Below are positions 14,419-27,241 of a stretch of 64,000 bases of DNA, piece after piece; positions within the stretch are counted from its first letter, which is position 1, and each line of letters opens with the position of its first letter. The translations under genes were made by a program, and so were the position numbers. Origin of the DNA: Prorocentrum cordatum (taxonomy: Eukaryota); NCBI GenBank assembly GCA_963575745.1, contig CAUYUJ010000059.1:186001-250000 (forward strand). The letters are read 5' to 3'. The notes beneath the pieces are model-generated. The model was not told where the DNA came from. It saw only the letters and a list, made by a program, of their open reading frames with translations, and made no database searches.

Positions 14419-15178
14419 CTGATTAGATTCTTCAATGCTTTGTCCCCTTGTGCAGTTCCTTTGCAAGTCCTTGGGCCCTCCCGCCTGGGACAGTATTTCT
14501 GCGAATAGAGGGCGTTGCCTCGTTTGTTATTCCTTGGCTTGTTTGGGCTCCCACAAGCATCACCCCCACTCGTAGGCGAACAACTGTTAGGCAAGATCTG
14601 CTAATTCGAACTACTCAGCAGAGACTCAGAGCAACTATTTCACAAGATGCAACAAGTAGCACGGTTCAGAACCTCCTCGTTCCTCTCTCGCTTCCTCCTT
14701 GCAGAGGCCGGCACGCTCTAGCACCCGCTTGGCGCCCTGGTTCAGTACCTTCTGGGTAGATCTGGTGGCCACCTTAAGGCCGTCCAGGAGTTCCGTGTGC
14801 CTTCAGGAAGGCACGATGGTCCTGGATCCATGGGGCGGCAAAAACATTAAAATTGCCTCTTCGGAGGAGCTCTGTCGCTACCTCTTCGGCGGAGATCGTC
14901 CGAGACTGTATCGGGCTGGTGGCATGCGCACGAGTTCTGGCAGGCCCACGAGCCCGATGTGAGCCCATCGCGGCTGCGCACTCGGACAGCAGCGGTGAAA
15001 GCTGCCCTCGGGGCCTCGAGGTGGCTCGCGGCGCGGGCACGGGGGTGGGACTGCCGCAGAGTCGTCGCCCTCGGGGCCTCGAAGGCTGGGCTGTGGGGGG
15101 TGTGAGTCCATGAGTTCGGCCGCCCGCCACCGGGCTCTCTTGGTGTCTTGGTGTCCTGTCGGACTCGAGTATGTGGCA

Positions 15179-15327
15179 TTCAGTCGGGCCTGTCCCTCTA
15201 CAGGAGGAATGCTCCAAAATAGTCAAAAACAGTCTGGGGCCATGTTTTGACCATTTGGGGGTATTGTTTGACTATTTTTTATTTTTTTCGTCCGAAATCC
15301 CCCTGCAGGAGGACAGGCCCGACTTCA
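15179..15327. mobile_element. GTCGGGC-family MITE with 8-bp TSD
   Basis: Perfect inverted repeat AGTCGGGCCTGTCC (15182) / GGACAGGCCCGACT (ends 15324). Flanks ATGTGGCA / GTGTGGCA (7/8). Confidence 0.8.
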
Positions 15328-15524
15328 GTGTGGCACCGAGGAGAGCGCGTGGTGGTCGTGGCAGAGCGGCGAGCAGGCTGCCTCGAAGAGGGCCGCGCTC
15401 GCAGGCACGCAGGGGGCCCCGGCCGTGCTCGTTCGGCCGCAGCACGCTGTCTCTGATGACTGGGCGCGGACCATCGACGTAAATAGGGGGCCAAATGCGA
15501 ACCCTACAGCCGGGGCCCTGAAGA

Positions 15525-15685
15525 GGGAACCCTTTTCGTTGGGGAGGGGCTCGGTGTTCCTTGATTGTTCTACAGTTTGCCTTCTGTTTTCCTGAGGTTT
15601 TCCATGGGAAATCGAGGTTTAATCTAAGGGAGAAAGGGGCCTCGTTCCTTATTTTGGATTCCTTAGCTCAACGCCCCGACTGTAT
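15525..15685 (+). repeat. Dispersed repeat (second copy at ~38190-38352)
   Basis: ggaacccttttcgttggggaggggctcggtgttccttgattg...gggcctcgttccttattt...tcaacgcc.cgactgtat occurs at both loci. Confidence 0.85.
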
Positions 15686-16873
15686 CTAATCACTGGACGC
15701 GGACAGTCGACGTAAATAGGTGACCAAATGCGAACCCTACCCCTACCCCCCACGATTTCTGAGGGGGAGGGTGGCGTGCACTTCGCTCGGGAGCCCCCGG
15801 ACGAAGTGAACCCCACCCTCCCACTCAGAAACCAAGCAGGGTAGGGCTAGGGTTCGCATGTGGCCCCCTAGTAAACACGGTAGACCGACGGGGTCCATCG
15901 ATATCTCTCCAGCGTTCTCCCAGCAAGTGTCGTTGATTTGCCGTCGCCGGAGCGCAAGCCGAGCAAGCGCTGCGCCAGCGCAGCCACGACGCTGAGATGG
16001 GGACCGCTTTGGGTTCGGACGGGGTTCGCTGTTCCTTGGGTCGTTCCATGGTTGCTTCTCCAGCCCCATTCGTGCACGGAGGCGATTTTGGCGCCAAAAG
16101 GGGGCTGGCCAATTGTCTAGCGTTCCTTATTGCAGCAGCTTCACTGTGGTCGTGCCACGTATGTTCGTAAATTCTGGAATTGTCATGTCACCAGCTGTTG
16201 TTACCCCCCGTTGTTATCAGTTGCGTCGGTAAGGTACGCTGCATGGTAAATGCGGCACCTCAATAGAGTCTTCACCCATGTTTTCAATCCGCCTCGCTGC
16301 TGCCCCATCCAGAACTCCCCCTTGATGCCAGTTCTGCAGACCGCGTCTCAGAGCCCGAGCGAAAGACGACCCCAAGCCAGCAGCACATGGAAAGAAGAGG
16401 CACGCCACGCCGAAGGATCCACGAGTCCCTTGCGCGGGGAGGCTGAAGCAGACTCCTGAACAGCCAGTGGCACCACCCGTCGGCTCCCCCCTGAGATCCA
16501 GCGCTGCTAATAAAACAGTGCCACCTCGCGAAAAAGCAAGACCAGAGCCCAAGATCCCGTCTTTTTGCTGCATTCCCAGACCCCCGACGTCATGATTTGT
16601 TCATGACGTCGACCCCCAGAAATCTCGACCCATTCCCTGGGACCGGTGTTCCGTCCCGGGGCGTGTTTTCACGGTCCCGAGGCCCCGTGAGAGCCCCCAG
16701 AGGCTGAAAATTGCGAAAAAAAAGATCCCGTCGTGATTTTTGGCATGACTCGAGGGAGTCTGGGCTTTCCGGGCCAGAGCGACCTGCAATCGTCCCTGGG
16801 CCCGACAGCGGGCGCAGCAGCGCCCCGACGCCAGGCTCTCAGGGCCGCGCGCGGCCGCGCGCCGCACGGCCCC

Positions 16874-19800
16874 ATGCGCCCCCCGCGCGCCCGGGCGCGC
16901 CGCCTGCTGGCCGCGGCCGCGGCGGGCGCGGCGGAGGCGCTCGCCCCGGCGCGGCACCCCGCGCTGGCGTGGCTGCAGGGCCACGGCGGCGTCGTCGGGC
17001 CCATCCTCAGGTCGGGCAGGGCCCTCTGCAGGAGGCCTAGAGGTTAACACCAACACCAAGATCGGCGGTTTGGTTCCACCGAGACTCTATCCCGGTCTCG
17101 GTGATGGTGGTAATAGTTTGGTTCCGGGTGACCGAAATATTACCACCAACGCCGTAATCTAGGATCACCTTCCCCACGTGGAGACAGCCCTCTGTATTGG
17201 TGCTGGCGCCCATTTCCAGGCCTCCCAAAGCTTTGCAGGAGGAAGGCTCAAACATAGTCCACACGTGGTCTGGGGGCGATTGGTCGACTCTCTCCTCGGG
17301 TATGTTTTGAATCCTTCCCCTGTACCTCCGAAGTCCGCCTGGGGGAGGGCACGCCCGACCTGAGCCCGTCCGGGTCCGCGGCCCGGAGGAGCGCGGGCCG
17401 CGCGGGCTCGTGACCACGCGCGACGTGGAGGCCGGGGAGCTCCTGCTGAGGGTGCCCTGCGAGCTGGCGCTGTGCAGCGATGGCCGGGTCGGGCGACAGA
17501 GGGGGGGGGATTCTCAGGAGGGGAAGAAACACACACAGAGACACAATGAACCGTCGACTCCCCAGAACATATGGGGAAACTATGGGAAGTGGTGGGTGGG
17601 GAGAAGGCAAAGACCCCGAAAAGATGGGAAAAGATGGGGAATCTTGTTCATTTTGCAGGCCTAGAGGCTGACACCAACACCAATTTCGGCGGTGTGCTTC
17701 CAACGAGGGAAGAAGATCCCGATCTCGGTGATGGTGGTAATATTTTGGCTTCCAAGGTGGCCGAAATATTACCACCAACACCGAAATCTAGGATCATCTT
17801 CCCCCTGTGGAGGCAACCCCCTGTGTTGGTGTTGGTGCCAATTGCCAGGCCTCCAGTAATTGTGTGTGTATCTCTTTGTGTGTCCTGGGGCCCCGTCAGT
17901 CACGAAAGCCTTGCCGCTCGCCGCCAGCTCCGGCCCGGCCGCGGGGCGCTCGCCTCGACGCCAGGCCGCTCCCCGCGCCGCCGGGAGAGCCAGCCGCGTG
18001 CAGCTGCCTCCTCCTCCTCCACGTCCTCCTCCTCTTCCTCCTCCTCCTCCTCCTCCTCCTCCTCCTCCTCCTCCTCCTCCTCCTCCTCCTCCTCCTCCTC
18101 CTCCTCTCCTCCTGCTCCTCCTCCTCCTCCTCCTCCTCCTCCTCCTCCTCCTCCACGTCCTCCTCCTCCTCCTCCTCCTCCTCCTCCTCCTTCTCCCTCC
18201 TCATTCTCCTCCTCCCCGTTCTCGAGGCCGTGCTCTGGCACTCCTGCGTGGCTGCCCTGGGGCGGGGCTAGGGCGAGGAGCAGAGGCGACGACAGGGGCG
18301 AAGAGTCCAGGGGCGTGCAGTTGGTTCTCTGGCACCCCCCGTGGCTGCCCTGGGACGGGGTAAGGGCGAGGATCAGAGGCGACGACAGGGGCGAAGAGTC
18401 CAGGGGAGAGCAAGACTTGGAGGCTGCATCTAAGAAGGCGCCGGCCTTACATTTGTAGACGAGGCCCGCGCCTTCTAAGAAGCAAGGGTGCTTCTAAGAA
18501 GCCTTCCCCCTCCCCATACCCCCCTGTGCGCGCCGCCAAAAGATATGTATTCAGGTGCGCCGACGACATATGTCTCCGAGAAGGCTCCCGGGCGAATGCG
18601 TGTAATGCCCGCCCCTGGGCTCTTCGCCCCGATCGTCGCGGCCGAGAGGAGAAATCCGTTCCAGAGCGTTCCAGAACGCTCTCAGGGCGAGAGCGTTCCG
18701 GAACGCTCTGAGAAGTCCGCGGCGCCCGAGTCATCCCCCGGATCCGCGGGATCTCAGACATGTTCGGTTCATCCTCACCCGAGTTTATCTTCGCCTTTGC
18801 TTCGTCTTATAACTCCCCTGTCCTCTCGTCCGACCCGAGATGACCAGGTCCGCGGTTCCGCGGTCGCAGCGCTCTCGGACACGGCGCAGCTGGCGCCGCA
18901 CGAGCAGTTGTCCTGCTTGCTGCTGGAGAAGAAGGCGCAAGGGCGCGTGGCGCCAGTCTGCATTGAGGCTTTGCCGAGCGATTTCTCCCCTGGCCCGGCC
19001 TGGCTCTGGACGCCGTCGGAGTTGGACCTGCTGTGCAGCCCGCCGCTCAAGGAGCAGGCCCTGCTGCGCGGTAAGCGCGCGTCCTGGCTGGCTGGCGTCG
19101 TGCGCGAGCATTGGGTGAGCCACGGCTGTGGCCCCAGCGCGCCGAACGAGGACGAAGTCAGGTGGGCGCTCACCGCAATCACCAGCAGGGCGCAGAGCTT
19201 CCTCGGCGAGGGCGGAACGGCTGTGGCAGCGTTGCCTCCGATTACCGATTTGATGAACCACGACCCCAGACCGTCGAAGGTTGCGTTCGTGCTCGCGGAT
19301 GGCTCCTATGTGGTCGTGGCGCGCGAGCGGCATGCGGCAGGAGACGAGCTTACCTTCAAATACGGTGACCACCCCGACTCTTACTTGCTGCTGCAGTACG
19401 GCTTCCAGCTGCCAGAGTCAAACCTGTTCACAGAGTCGCTCGTATGTGTGGAGCCATTGTTGGCAAGGTTCGGCGCCGATTCGGAAGCCATGCGCAAATG
19501 CTTGAATTCGCGCTTGCTGCAGACTGACTATGGAGGGCAGGTGGCGGCGTGGCAGCCTGTCGGATCGAACCTGTACTACGCCGTCAGCTCCCTCGTGACC
19601 GCCGCCCTCGGCCCTGTCACACAGGAGGAGACGCTGGCGGAGTGGCAGAGAGTGGTTCAGGAGCTCCTCGGGCGCACGCTGGACAGGATCCCGGAGGGCG
19701 ACGCGGGCGCGGGCGGAGCTCCCGGCGCAGCCGCGGCGGCCGCGGGCAGCGCGGGCACGGGCGGATCTCCCACCGCAGCCGCGGCGGCCCAGGGCGGCGC

Positions 19801-19960
19801 CGGCGCAGGCGGAGCTCCCGGCGCAGCCGCGGCAGCCGCGGCCGCCGCGGCCGCCGCGGCGCTCGCGGCGGCCCGGCGGCGCGAGGCGGCCACGTTCCGG
19901 GCCTCGCAGCGGCGGGCGCTGCTGGGCGAGCTGGACAGGGTCGCGGCTGGGCCCGCCTGA
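16874..19960 (+). CDS. SET-domain protein-lysine methyltransferase (Rubisco-LSMT/SETD3-like), 3 exons: 16874-~16993, 17365-17487, 18848-19960
   Basis: Motifs in order: WLQGHGGV, RGLVTTRDVEAGELLLRVP, VRWALTAITSRA, PITDLMNHD, AGDELTFKYG, LLLQYGF. Intron 2 (17488-18847) is GT-AG and in frame. The intron 1 acceptor is AG at 17364; its donor is uncertain (in-frame GT at 16991 or 16994). Confidence 0.9.
17007..17363. mobile_element. GTCGGGC-family MITE making up almost all of SET intron 1 (introner-like), with a nested ~190-bp element
   Basis: Perfect TIR TCAGGTCGGGC / GCCCGACCTGA; TSD GCCCATCC (16999-17006) / GCCCGTCC (17364-17371). The nested ggcctagagg...ccaggcc unit (~17035-17222) recurs at ~17658-17851. 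Confidence 0.8.
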
Positions 19961-21819
19961 AGACGCAGCAGACTTCTTGACGCCCATCTAAGCCTCCCGG
20001 GTGGGGTCCGAGCAGATGGGGTCGGAGGATCGCGCCGCATCGCCGATGCATCGCAGACGCGGCTCGATGCGGAGCAAGATTTTCTCCGCGCCGACGTCGC
20101 CGATGCGTCGCCGATGCATCGGCGCTGCGGCGTGATCCTCCGACCACGGACCCCGGCTAGGAGGCCTCTATTTCGGGAGCAGCAGGAATTTCTTGACGTT
20201 TCGCGTGCCCTCACCAGTTTCACCGGGCTGGGAGTTTCGTTTCTCGCTCTTCTTCTGAGTGGCTGCCCGAGCGTTCGCTTCGCTTGTCTCTCTTTTCTTG
20301 CTGCCTAGTCGCGGCCCGGCTAGTGTTCGGACGGCTTTCGACCTGCTTCGCGAGCCCGAAGACAAAAAAGTACCCCCACCAGCCTTCTGGCCGGCTGGTT
20401 TACTCAAGAGTGGTTCAGCCTTCTTGATCGGCCATGTGTGCTCCTCCCCGTTGGCCTGCCTAGCACATTGGTCTGTTTATGCAGCCCCGCGCTTCGCCAC
20501 GCATGTGGCGCGTCGACCTCTGGCGCCTGGTGCGACAAGGTCTAATTCATCCATCTCGGTGGTCTCGTCCCTGGGGTGCCTGCGCGCTTGCCCGGCCACC
20601 TGGCAGCCCCCCGCAGCTCTTGCAGCCTCTGCCCTCGGCGCAGCCCAGCCCTCCCCGGCGGTAGCCCGGAGTTGCTCGTGAGCGCGCTAGGTCAATTAGA
20701 TCTGGTCGTAGCCCGAGCCGACCTGTGACGCCGCCGGCGCCTACGCCTGCGGCTGCGACAAAAAAAGTACCGTCACCAGCCCAGCCTGACACAGTGCCCA
20801 GCGGAGCTGGCCTGAACGGAGGAGCGCGGCATCAGCGGGAGATGTCGGGGAGCCTCTGTGGGCCAGAGGCGCTTTAGATGCCTGCCTGGGTCTCTTCGGG
20901 TGTCCGCTTGGCTCTTGGGGGATTTCGATGAGCGCCTTGAGTGCCTCTGCGGGGCCTTTTTCGGGCCGCTTTGGGGGCCGCTCGAAGGCCTTTTGGGGGC
21001 CTCTAAAGTTATCCTGGGGCCCTCCAAGAGCTCTCTTAGAGGCGTTGCGGGCCGTCTTCGGGCTATCTTGGAGCCCGTCGATCACGGAAGCGCGGGGTGC
21101 CGATTAGCCCCGCCCCCCCAGGAGGCCAGTTTTGGCCACAGACCAATGACCCGCAGCGTGGTTTGCAAGACCCATGCGACGGCGATTGTGGTGATTGTTT
21201 CGCGCTGGCTGGTGCATCAGTGCGACTGCGCTAGCGCGCAGGCTCGTGCGCAGAGCGGCCAGGACCGACGCGGCCGCGGTAGCGCTGACCGTTGGGGATT
21301 TCCTAGCGCGTCTCGCAGGCCGCGCTGACGCGCGGGCACTGCAGTGCGAGTCGGTGATTCGGGCGGGCGCGGTATCATCGCGACGTCGACAACGGCAGAT
21401 ACTATGATGCTAGCAGCGATGTTGGTGACGACGATGACGATGACGACGACAAGGCCCATGACGGTGCCGATGCTGATCTCGCTGATGACGATGATGGTGT
21501 CCACGTGTCGGCGATGAAGGTTTTGGAGCGATTTCGGCATGCTCACGCGGCCGACGGGCGCGAGTAGGCCACATGGTATGCTTTGACAAGGGCCGTGCCG
21601 CTCCCGCCCCCAGCACGCGCGCAAGGGCGTCCGAATGATTTCGACATGCGCGCGCAAAACGCCCGCTTAGTTGAAGTTGGATAACAACTAAAAACTCCAG
21701 TGGTATCTTTTTCATGAAAAGAAGAGTAATGAGCAACAGCGCGCACGTTCCTGTTTGACAACACATGTTTCAAAACCAGGTGTGGTCTGTATGTTTCGGA
21801 ACACTCGATCTTCAAGTTC

Positions 21820-23246
21820 GACAGAGCGTGTTCTACCGGTGCTGGCGGAAAACAGGGGGTCACTACCGGTTCGACCCCCCCCCCTCCGAAAAACCGAAGG
21901 GGGTCACTACTGGTTCGAACCCTTCCCCCCACCAGTCCATCATGAAAAGGGGGGGGGGGGGCACTACCAGTTCGAACCCCCCCTTCGAAAACCGGGGGGG
22001 GGTCACTACCGGTTCGAACCCCTCCCCCCCCTCGAAACCGGTGGGGGGGGCCCTTACCGGTTCGACCCCCCCCCCCCCCCTCGCCGCCGGCAAACGATGC
22101 CCGCTCCTCTGGACAGATGGAGAATGGTGGGGATGTTGGGAGAGTGGTGGGAAAGGTGGTGGTGGGGACAGTGGTGGAGGGACAGTGGGGCAGTGGTGCG
22201 GACAGTGGTGGGGACGGTGGTGGTGGGGACAGTGGTGAGGGGACAGCGGGACAGTGGCGGGGACAGTGGGACAGTGGTGGGGACGGTAGTGGTGGGGACA
22301 GTGGTGAAGGCGGTGGTGAGGACAGTGGTGGTATAGTACAGCTCGGAAAGTGGTGGGGACACTGGGGACAGTGGGACAATGATGGGGGCAGTGGGGACAG
22401 TGGGACAGCACAGTGGGGACAACGGCGGGGACAGTGGGACAATGGTGGGAACAGTGGGGACAGTGCGACAGTGGTGGGGACCGTGGGGAAAGTGGGGAGA
22501 GTGGTGGGACAGTGGAGGGTACAGTGGTGGTTGCGACAGTGGTGAGGGCGGTGGCGAGGACGGCGGTGGGATAATGGGACAGAGGTGCAGTAGGGACAGT
22601 GGTGGGGACAGTGGGGACAGTGGTGGGTACAGAGGGACAGCTCAGAGGGACAGCGGCGGGGACAGTGGGACAGTGGGGACAGTGGGACAGTGGTTGGAGC
22701 CGTGGAGAAAGTGGGGAGAGTGGAACCGTGGTGGGAACAGTGGTGGGGACAGTGGGGACAGTGTGACAGTGAGTGGGAGCACTGGTGAGGACAGTGGTGA
22801 CGGTGGTGGGAACAGTGGGGACAGCGGTGGTGAGGACAGTGGTGCTGGGGACAGCAGCAGGGGTTGTGGTGCGGACGGTGGTCGGGACAGGGAATCGCTT
22901 GCTGGCGGTGAGCGTGGGGGGGTGGTTCGAACCGGTAGTGCCCCCCCCCCGGTTTTCCGGAAGGGGGGGGGGAGGTGTTCAAACCGGTAGTGGCCCCCCC
23001 CGGTTTTCCGGAGGGGTAGGGGAGGGGTTCGAACCGATAGTGACCCCCCGGGGGCCCCCCGGTTTTCCGGAGGGGGGGGGCTCGAACCGGTAGTGACCTC
23101 TAACTGGTTTTCTGGGGGGGCAGGGGTTCGAACCAGTAGTGACCCCCCCCGGTTTTCTGGGGGTGGGGGGGGTTCGAACCGGTAGTGATTCCGGAGGATG
23201 AGGGGGGGTAATTTTCCACAGTAAAGCAGCGGTGGATCACGCTCTC
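21820..23246. mobile_element. Foldback non-autonomous transposon, copy 1
   Basis: Ends GACAGAGCGTGTTCTACCG / CGGTGGATCACGCTCTC. The left arm is tandem ggggtcactaccggttcgaacccc, the right arm is its reverse complement, and the core is (GTGGGGACA)n. Degenerate TSD TCAAGTTC / TCAAGTCC. Confidence 0.8.
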
Positions 23247-23754
23247 TCAAGTCCCTACGAAACCGAAGGTGATTGCTTGTATTCGGCTTATCCCACAAAA
23301 AAATAGTATTCTGGCATGCGTGCGCGACGACGCGCGCGTGTGCACTTCGTCCCGTGTGTTCCTGGGGGCCTTTGCAATCAGCGTTGCTTGATAAACGGGT
23401 GCGCGCGCATAAAATTATTTGATGTGGATGATAGGGGGCCAATACTGGTTAAACTGGGACGGTATGTGTTCATTTGAAAAGTGGACGATTGAGCAGAATC
23501 ATGTGTGAATTGCAAATCCCCACGGGGATCGATAATCCCAGCTTCGGGGAAGCGGTAGATCTTAATCGCTGCTTAAACAGGAAGTGTGTGCACACTCTAT
23601 GTGGTGTAATTCATGTGGCGTAAGCCATGCGGTGAAATATCTGCGGTTCAATACCGGTTGCGCAAGCGATGTGTTGCAGTCTAAGTTGCGCAACCGACGT
23701 GGCACAATCTATATATATATATATATATATATTGTGCAGTCTACGTGGTGCAAT

Positions 23755-24790
23755 TCATGCTGACCGTCTTGAAGCTGTCCTCTCCACTGCTCGTGCAAAC
23801 ATCCCACCCTCCCACCCGCAACTTGGTCGCAAGACCTCTTAAGACAAGACCGTGACGGTAGGTACCAGATGGCACTTGGCCACGACGCCGACGACGACAG
23901 CGACAACGACAACGACGACGACGGCGCCGCCGACACCGACGACGACGACACCGACGACGTCTCCAACGACTTCGACGACGACAGCGACCACGACGACGAC
24001 GACACCGACGACGACGACGACGCCGACGACGACGACGATGACAACGACGACGACGACGCCGACGACGACGACGCCGACGACGACGACGACGAGACAACGA
24101 CGACGACGACGACAACGACGTCGCCAACGAAGACGACGACGAGGGAGGAGGGAGGACGACGACGGCGACAACGACGACAACGACGACAACGACGAGGGAG
24201 GAGGGAGGACGGCGACGACGCGAACGACGAAGAAGGAGGAAGGACGGCGACGCCGACGACGACAACGACGAGGGAGGAAGGAAGACGCCGACGACGCAAG
24301 AGCGCGCGCGCACGCTTTTGTTGAAAATCCGTGTTGCGAAACCTTGGGTGTTTGTAGGTTTTTTGGACGCGCGACTTTGAAATCCTTCCGAAACCGATGG
24401 GTTTTGAAGGATTTCGGCCGACGCGCGCGACGATGCGCGCGTCTGCACTTCGTCACATTTTTTGCAGAGGGTTCTCGCGACGGCACAAGCGCAAGGGCGT
24501 TCGACAGATTTCGACATGCGCGCGCGAAGCCCGTTTCATAGCATGTTGTGAAAATATTGAAAAAAACGATGGTTCTCTTAAGATTTCGCAAGAGCTCGCG
24601 CGGAAGTTTGTTTAGCAAATCAGTGTTGCGAAACCCTGTGTGTTTGTATGTTTTTGGGAAACTCGACTGCGAAATCCTTCCGTCACCGAAGGTTTTTGAA
24701 GGATTTCGGCATGCGCGCGCGAGGACGCGCGCGTGTGCACTTGTCCCATGTTTTGCAACGGGTTCGCGAAAAAGTGCGATGTTAGAACAA
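23755..24790 (+). repeat. Dispersed repeat with internal (GAC)n, copy 2
   Basis: Co-linear with 9225-10420. Confidence 0.85.
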
Positions 24791-25827
24791 TAATTGTCAC
24801 CGCGTAGTCTTTCACAAAGGAACCTCAGGGGGGTGAACCCGGCCCCCTTGGGATAGTGCAAATTCATTTTTAGGATGGACATGTGGTCAGAATCATATAT
24901 GATTTACATACCCGGAAGGGGGACCGATAACGCCGGGGGGGGTAGAGTCGATTCTCTTTTTAGACAGGAGAATATATGTATTCCATTGTATGTGGTGTGA
25001 TCTATGTTGTGCAGTTTCTGTTGTGCCGCATATATTGTGCAACCCATGTCTTGCAACCTGTGCGGCTCAACATATTGTGCACAATCTATGTGGCGCAGTC
25101 TAAGTTGTGCAATCTACGCGATGCAACCTATGATGTGCAGCCTATTATGTGCAATAGTTGGTGCAATCTACGTGGTACAAAACATGTTGTGCGCTCCGTG
25201 TGGTGCAAGACGTGGTGTTCCTTATGCGGCGCAGGCTATGCTTTGCAAGTTATGTGGTGCACTCCTATGAGGTGCAACCTATGTAATATCTGTGGTGCAA
25301 TCGATGTGGTGCAATCGATGCTGTGCAACCCATAACGTCGACGAGGCGGCGACGGGGCGGCGACGGTGGCCACATATCTGCCAGACCGAAGACACGGCCC
25401 AGACGACGGGCGGCGACGGGGCGGCGAAGGGGCGGCGGCGGCGGCCACATAGCCGCCAGACCGAAGACGCGGCCCGGTTCCTTGGAACAGAAGTAAGAGC
25501 CCCTAAGTGCAAGCACTGGTTGAGGAATCTCTAATGTTGACGCATATTGGCCGCGCAGACGCTGTTACGTTCTCGGGCTTGCTTCTCGATGACTTGCCTC
25601 TGTAGTCCGTCCGTCTATTCCATCTCTGCCGCCCATCTGGCATTCGCAGCCTCTGCCTCTGCTTTTACAGGACCAGAGGGAGGAGGCACGAGCAGCAGGG
25701 CCATCTCTCTATTTGCACCGCTGTCTCCTGTCCCGTGGCCATCACCTCTGATCGCTTGCGCCCTTGTCGCTCTATCTCTCTGGGCCGTCCTGCTTTTGGA
25801 CGGGAGCCCTCTCCTTGATTGGCTCAG

Positions 25828-25910
25828 GATGGGGACGAGTACTCGATCGTTGGCACGAGCAGCACCGTCAAGGGGCAGAAGGAGTGCAAGAAGGGCGAGA
25901 AGGTTAAGAG
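25828..25910 (+). CDS. Host gene exon: DGDEYSIVGTSSTVKGQKECKKGEKVK(R)
   Basis: CAG|G acceptor and AG|GC donor. It is 83 nt, phase 0 in and phase 2 out, exactly bridging exons 4300-4354 and 27151-27241. Confidence 0.75.
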
Positions 25911-26594
25911 GCGCCGGCTTACCACCCGAAAGTTTGCAGCGGCTCAGGGCCTTTGGAAGGCGGGAGCTTAATAGATAGGCAGGGCTTCATGGAGGGGGAG
26001 GAGAAGGAGGAGAAGGAGGAGGAGCAGGAGCAGGAGCAGGAGGAGGAGGAGGAGTAGGAGTAGGAGTAGGAGGAGGAGGGGAAGGGGGAAGGGGGAGGGG
26101 GAGGAGGAAGAGTAGGAGGAGGTGGTGGTGGTGGAGGTGCTGGAGGTGGAGGGGGTGGAGGTGGAGGGGGTGGTGGAAGGAGGAGGAGCAGGAGAAGGAG
26201 GAGGAGGAGGAGGAGGAGGAGAAGGAGGCGGAGGGCTTCCGAATGCTTGGGTGGAGTTGTGCGGCTCGATGGGATGATCGGAGGTTGGGAAGGTCAATTG
26301 GGCCTTGGAGGCGGAGGAGGGGTAGGAGGAGGAGGAGGAGGCGGAGGAGGAGGAGGAGGAGGAAAAGGGACAGCATGAGAAAGAAAAAGAGGAGGAGGAG
26401 GAGACGAACGAAGGGGAGGGAGGAAGGAGGAGGAGGCGGCGAGGATGGTTTCGGAATGTTTCAGTTGCCTCAGGGAGGTGCAACAGCCCTCCGCGAAGGC
26501 AAAAGCAAGCTTTGCCGACCCCCTTTGCCCCCCCTCCCCCCGGTTTCAATGCTCGCTGACGCGCGCGGCTTGGTCTGCGGGCGCCGACGAAATA

Positions 26595-26777
26595 TACTCC
26601 AGATTTCGTAATAAAGGGAGGGGGGTCTCATTTCGGGGGGGGTCTCTTCCAGGCTGTCTTGGAGGGCCTGGGGGGGTCTGGGGACGATGTGTTGGAGGGT
26701 TCTCCCACGGGGGGGGTCTGAAGTGGCTTGTCTTGGAGGGTCCAGACCCCCTCCCTTTTATTACGAGATCTGGAGTA
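26595..26777. mobile_element. 183-bp MITE with TACTCCAGAT TIRs, copy 1
   Basis: TACTCCAGATTTCGTAATAAAGGGAGGGGG / CCCCCTCCCTTTTATTACGAGATCTGGAGTA; flanks CGAAATA / CGAAGTA. Near-identical copy at 35580-35765. Confidence 0.9.
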
Positions 26778-27150
26778 CGAAGTAACTTGTCTCGGCAGTC
26801 GCGTGGACAAGTGGGGTCTGGGGGCGCCGACGCTGCGGAGTGAGCTTCGCGGAAGGACGTGGGATGTTGGACGTGGTGGTCGGTTTCCTATTGCTCAGCA
26901 TCGTCCGTGCGTGCCCTCCCATCGTCGTTTATTGCCCCTCCTCCTCCTCGTCCTTCTCCTCCTCGTCCCCTAATCCTGCCGCGTCTCCTCCCTCACGTCT
27001 CCCTTGTCTGTCCTCCTGCAAGGTCCTCGTCCTCCCCCCCTTCCTCATACTGACCCCTCCGTTGCCTGATCATCCTCTCTATTCTGCTCCGTGTCCATGT
27101 TCCCATCTTCTCCCCTCCTCCTCCCCCTCCCCCCTGATTCCGTCAACCAG

Positions 27151-27241
27151 GTGGGGGCTCACTGGAACTGTGGACGTGGAGAACACGCCGAACATCATGA
27201 GCGTCGACTTCTCTCCGAAGGGGGGGCCCGTTGATGTGAAG
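27151..27241 (+). CDS. Host gene exon: WGLTGTVDVENTPNIMSVDFSPKGGPVDVK
   Basis: CAG|G acceptor and AAG|GT donor; contains the DFSPKGGP motif; in phase with both neighbouring exons. Confidence 0.8.

Noticed and set aside
21850..22080. tRNA genes suggested by GGTTCGAACC (T-loop/B-box-like) motifs
   Set aside because: The motif is part of short tandem units in foldback arms; I see no cloverleaf or A-box.
21543..22982. His/Cys/Pro-rich 479-aa ORF
   Set aside because: Translation of the (GTGGGGACA)n satellite.
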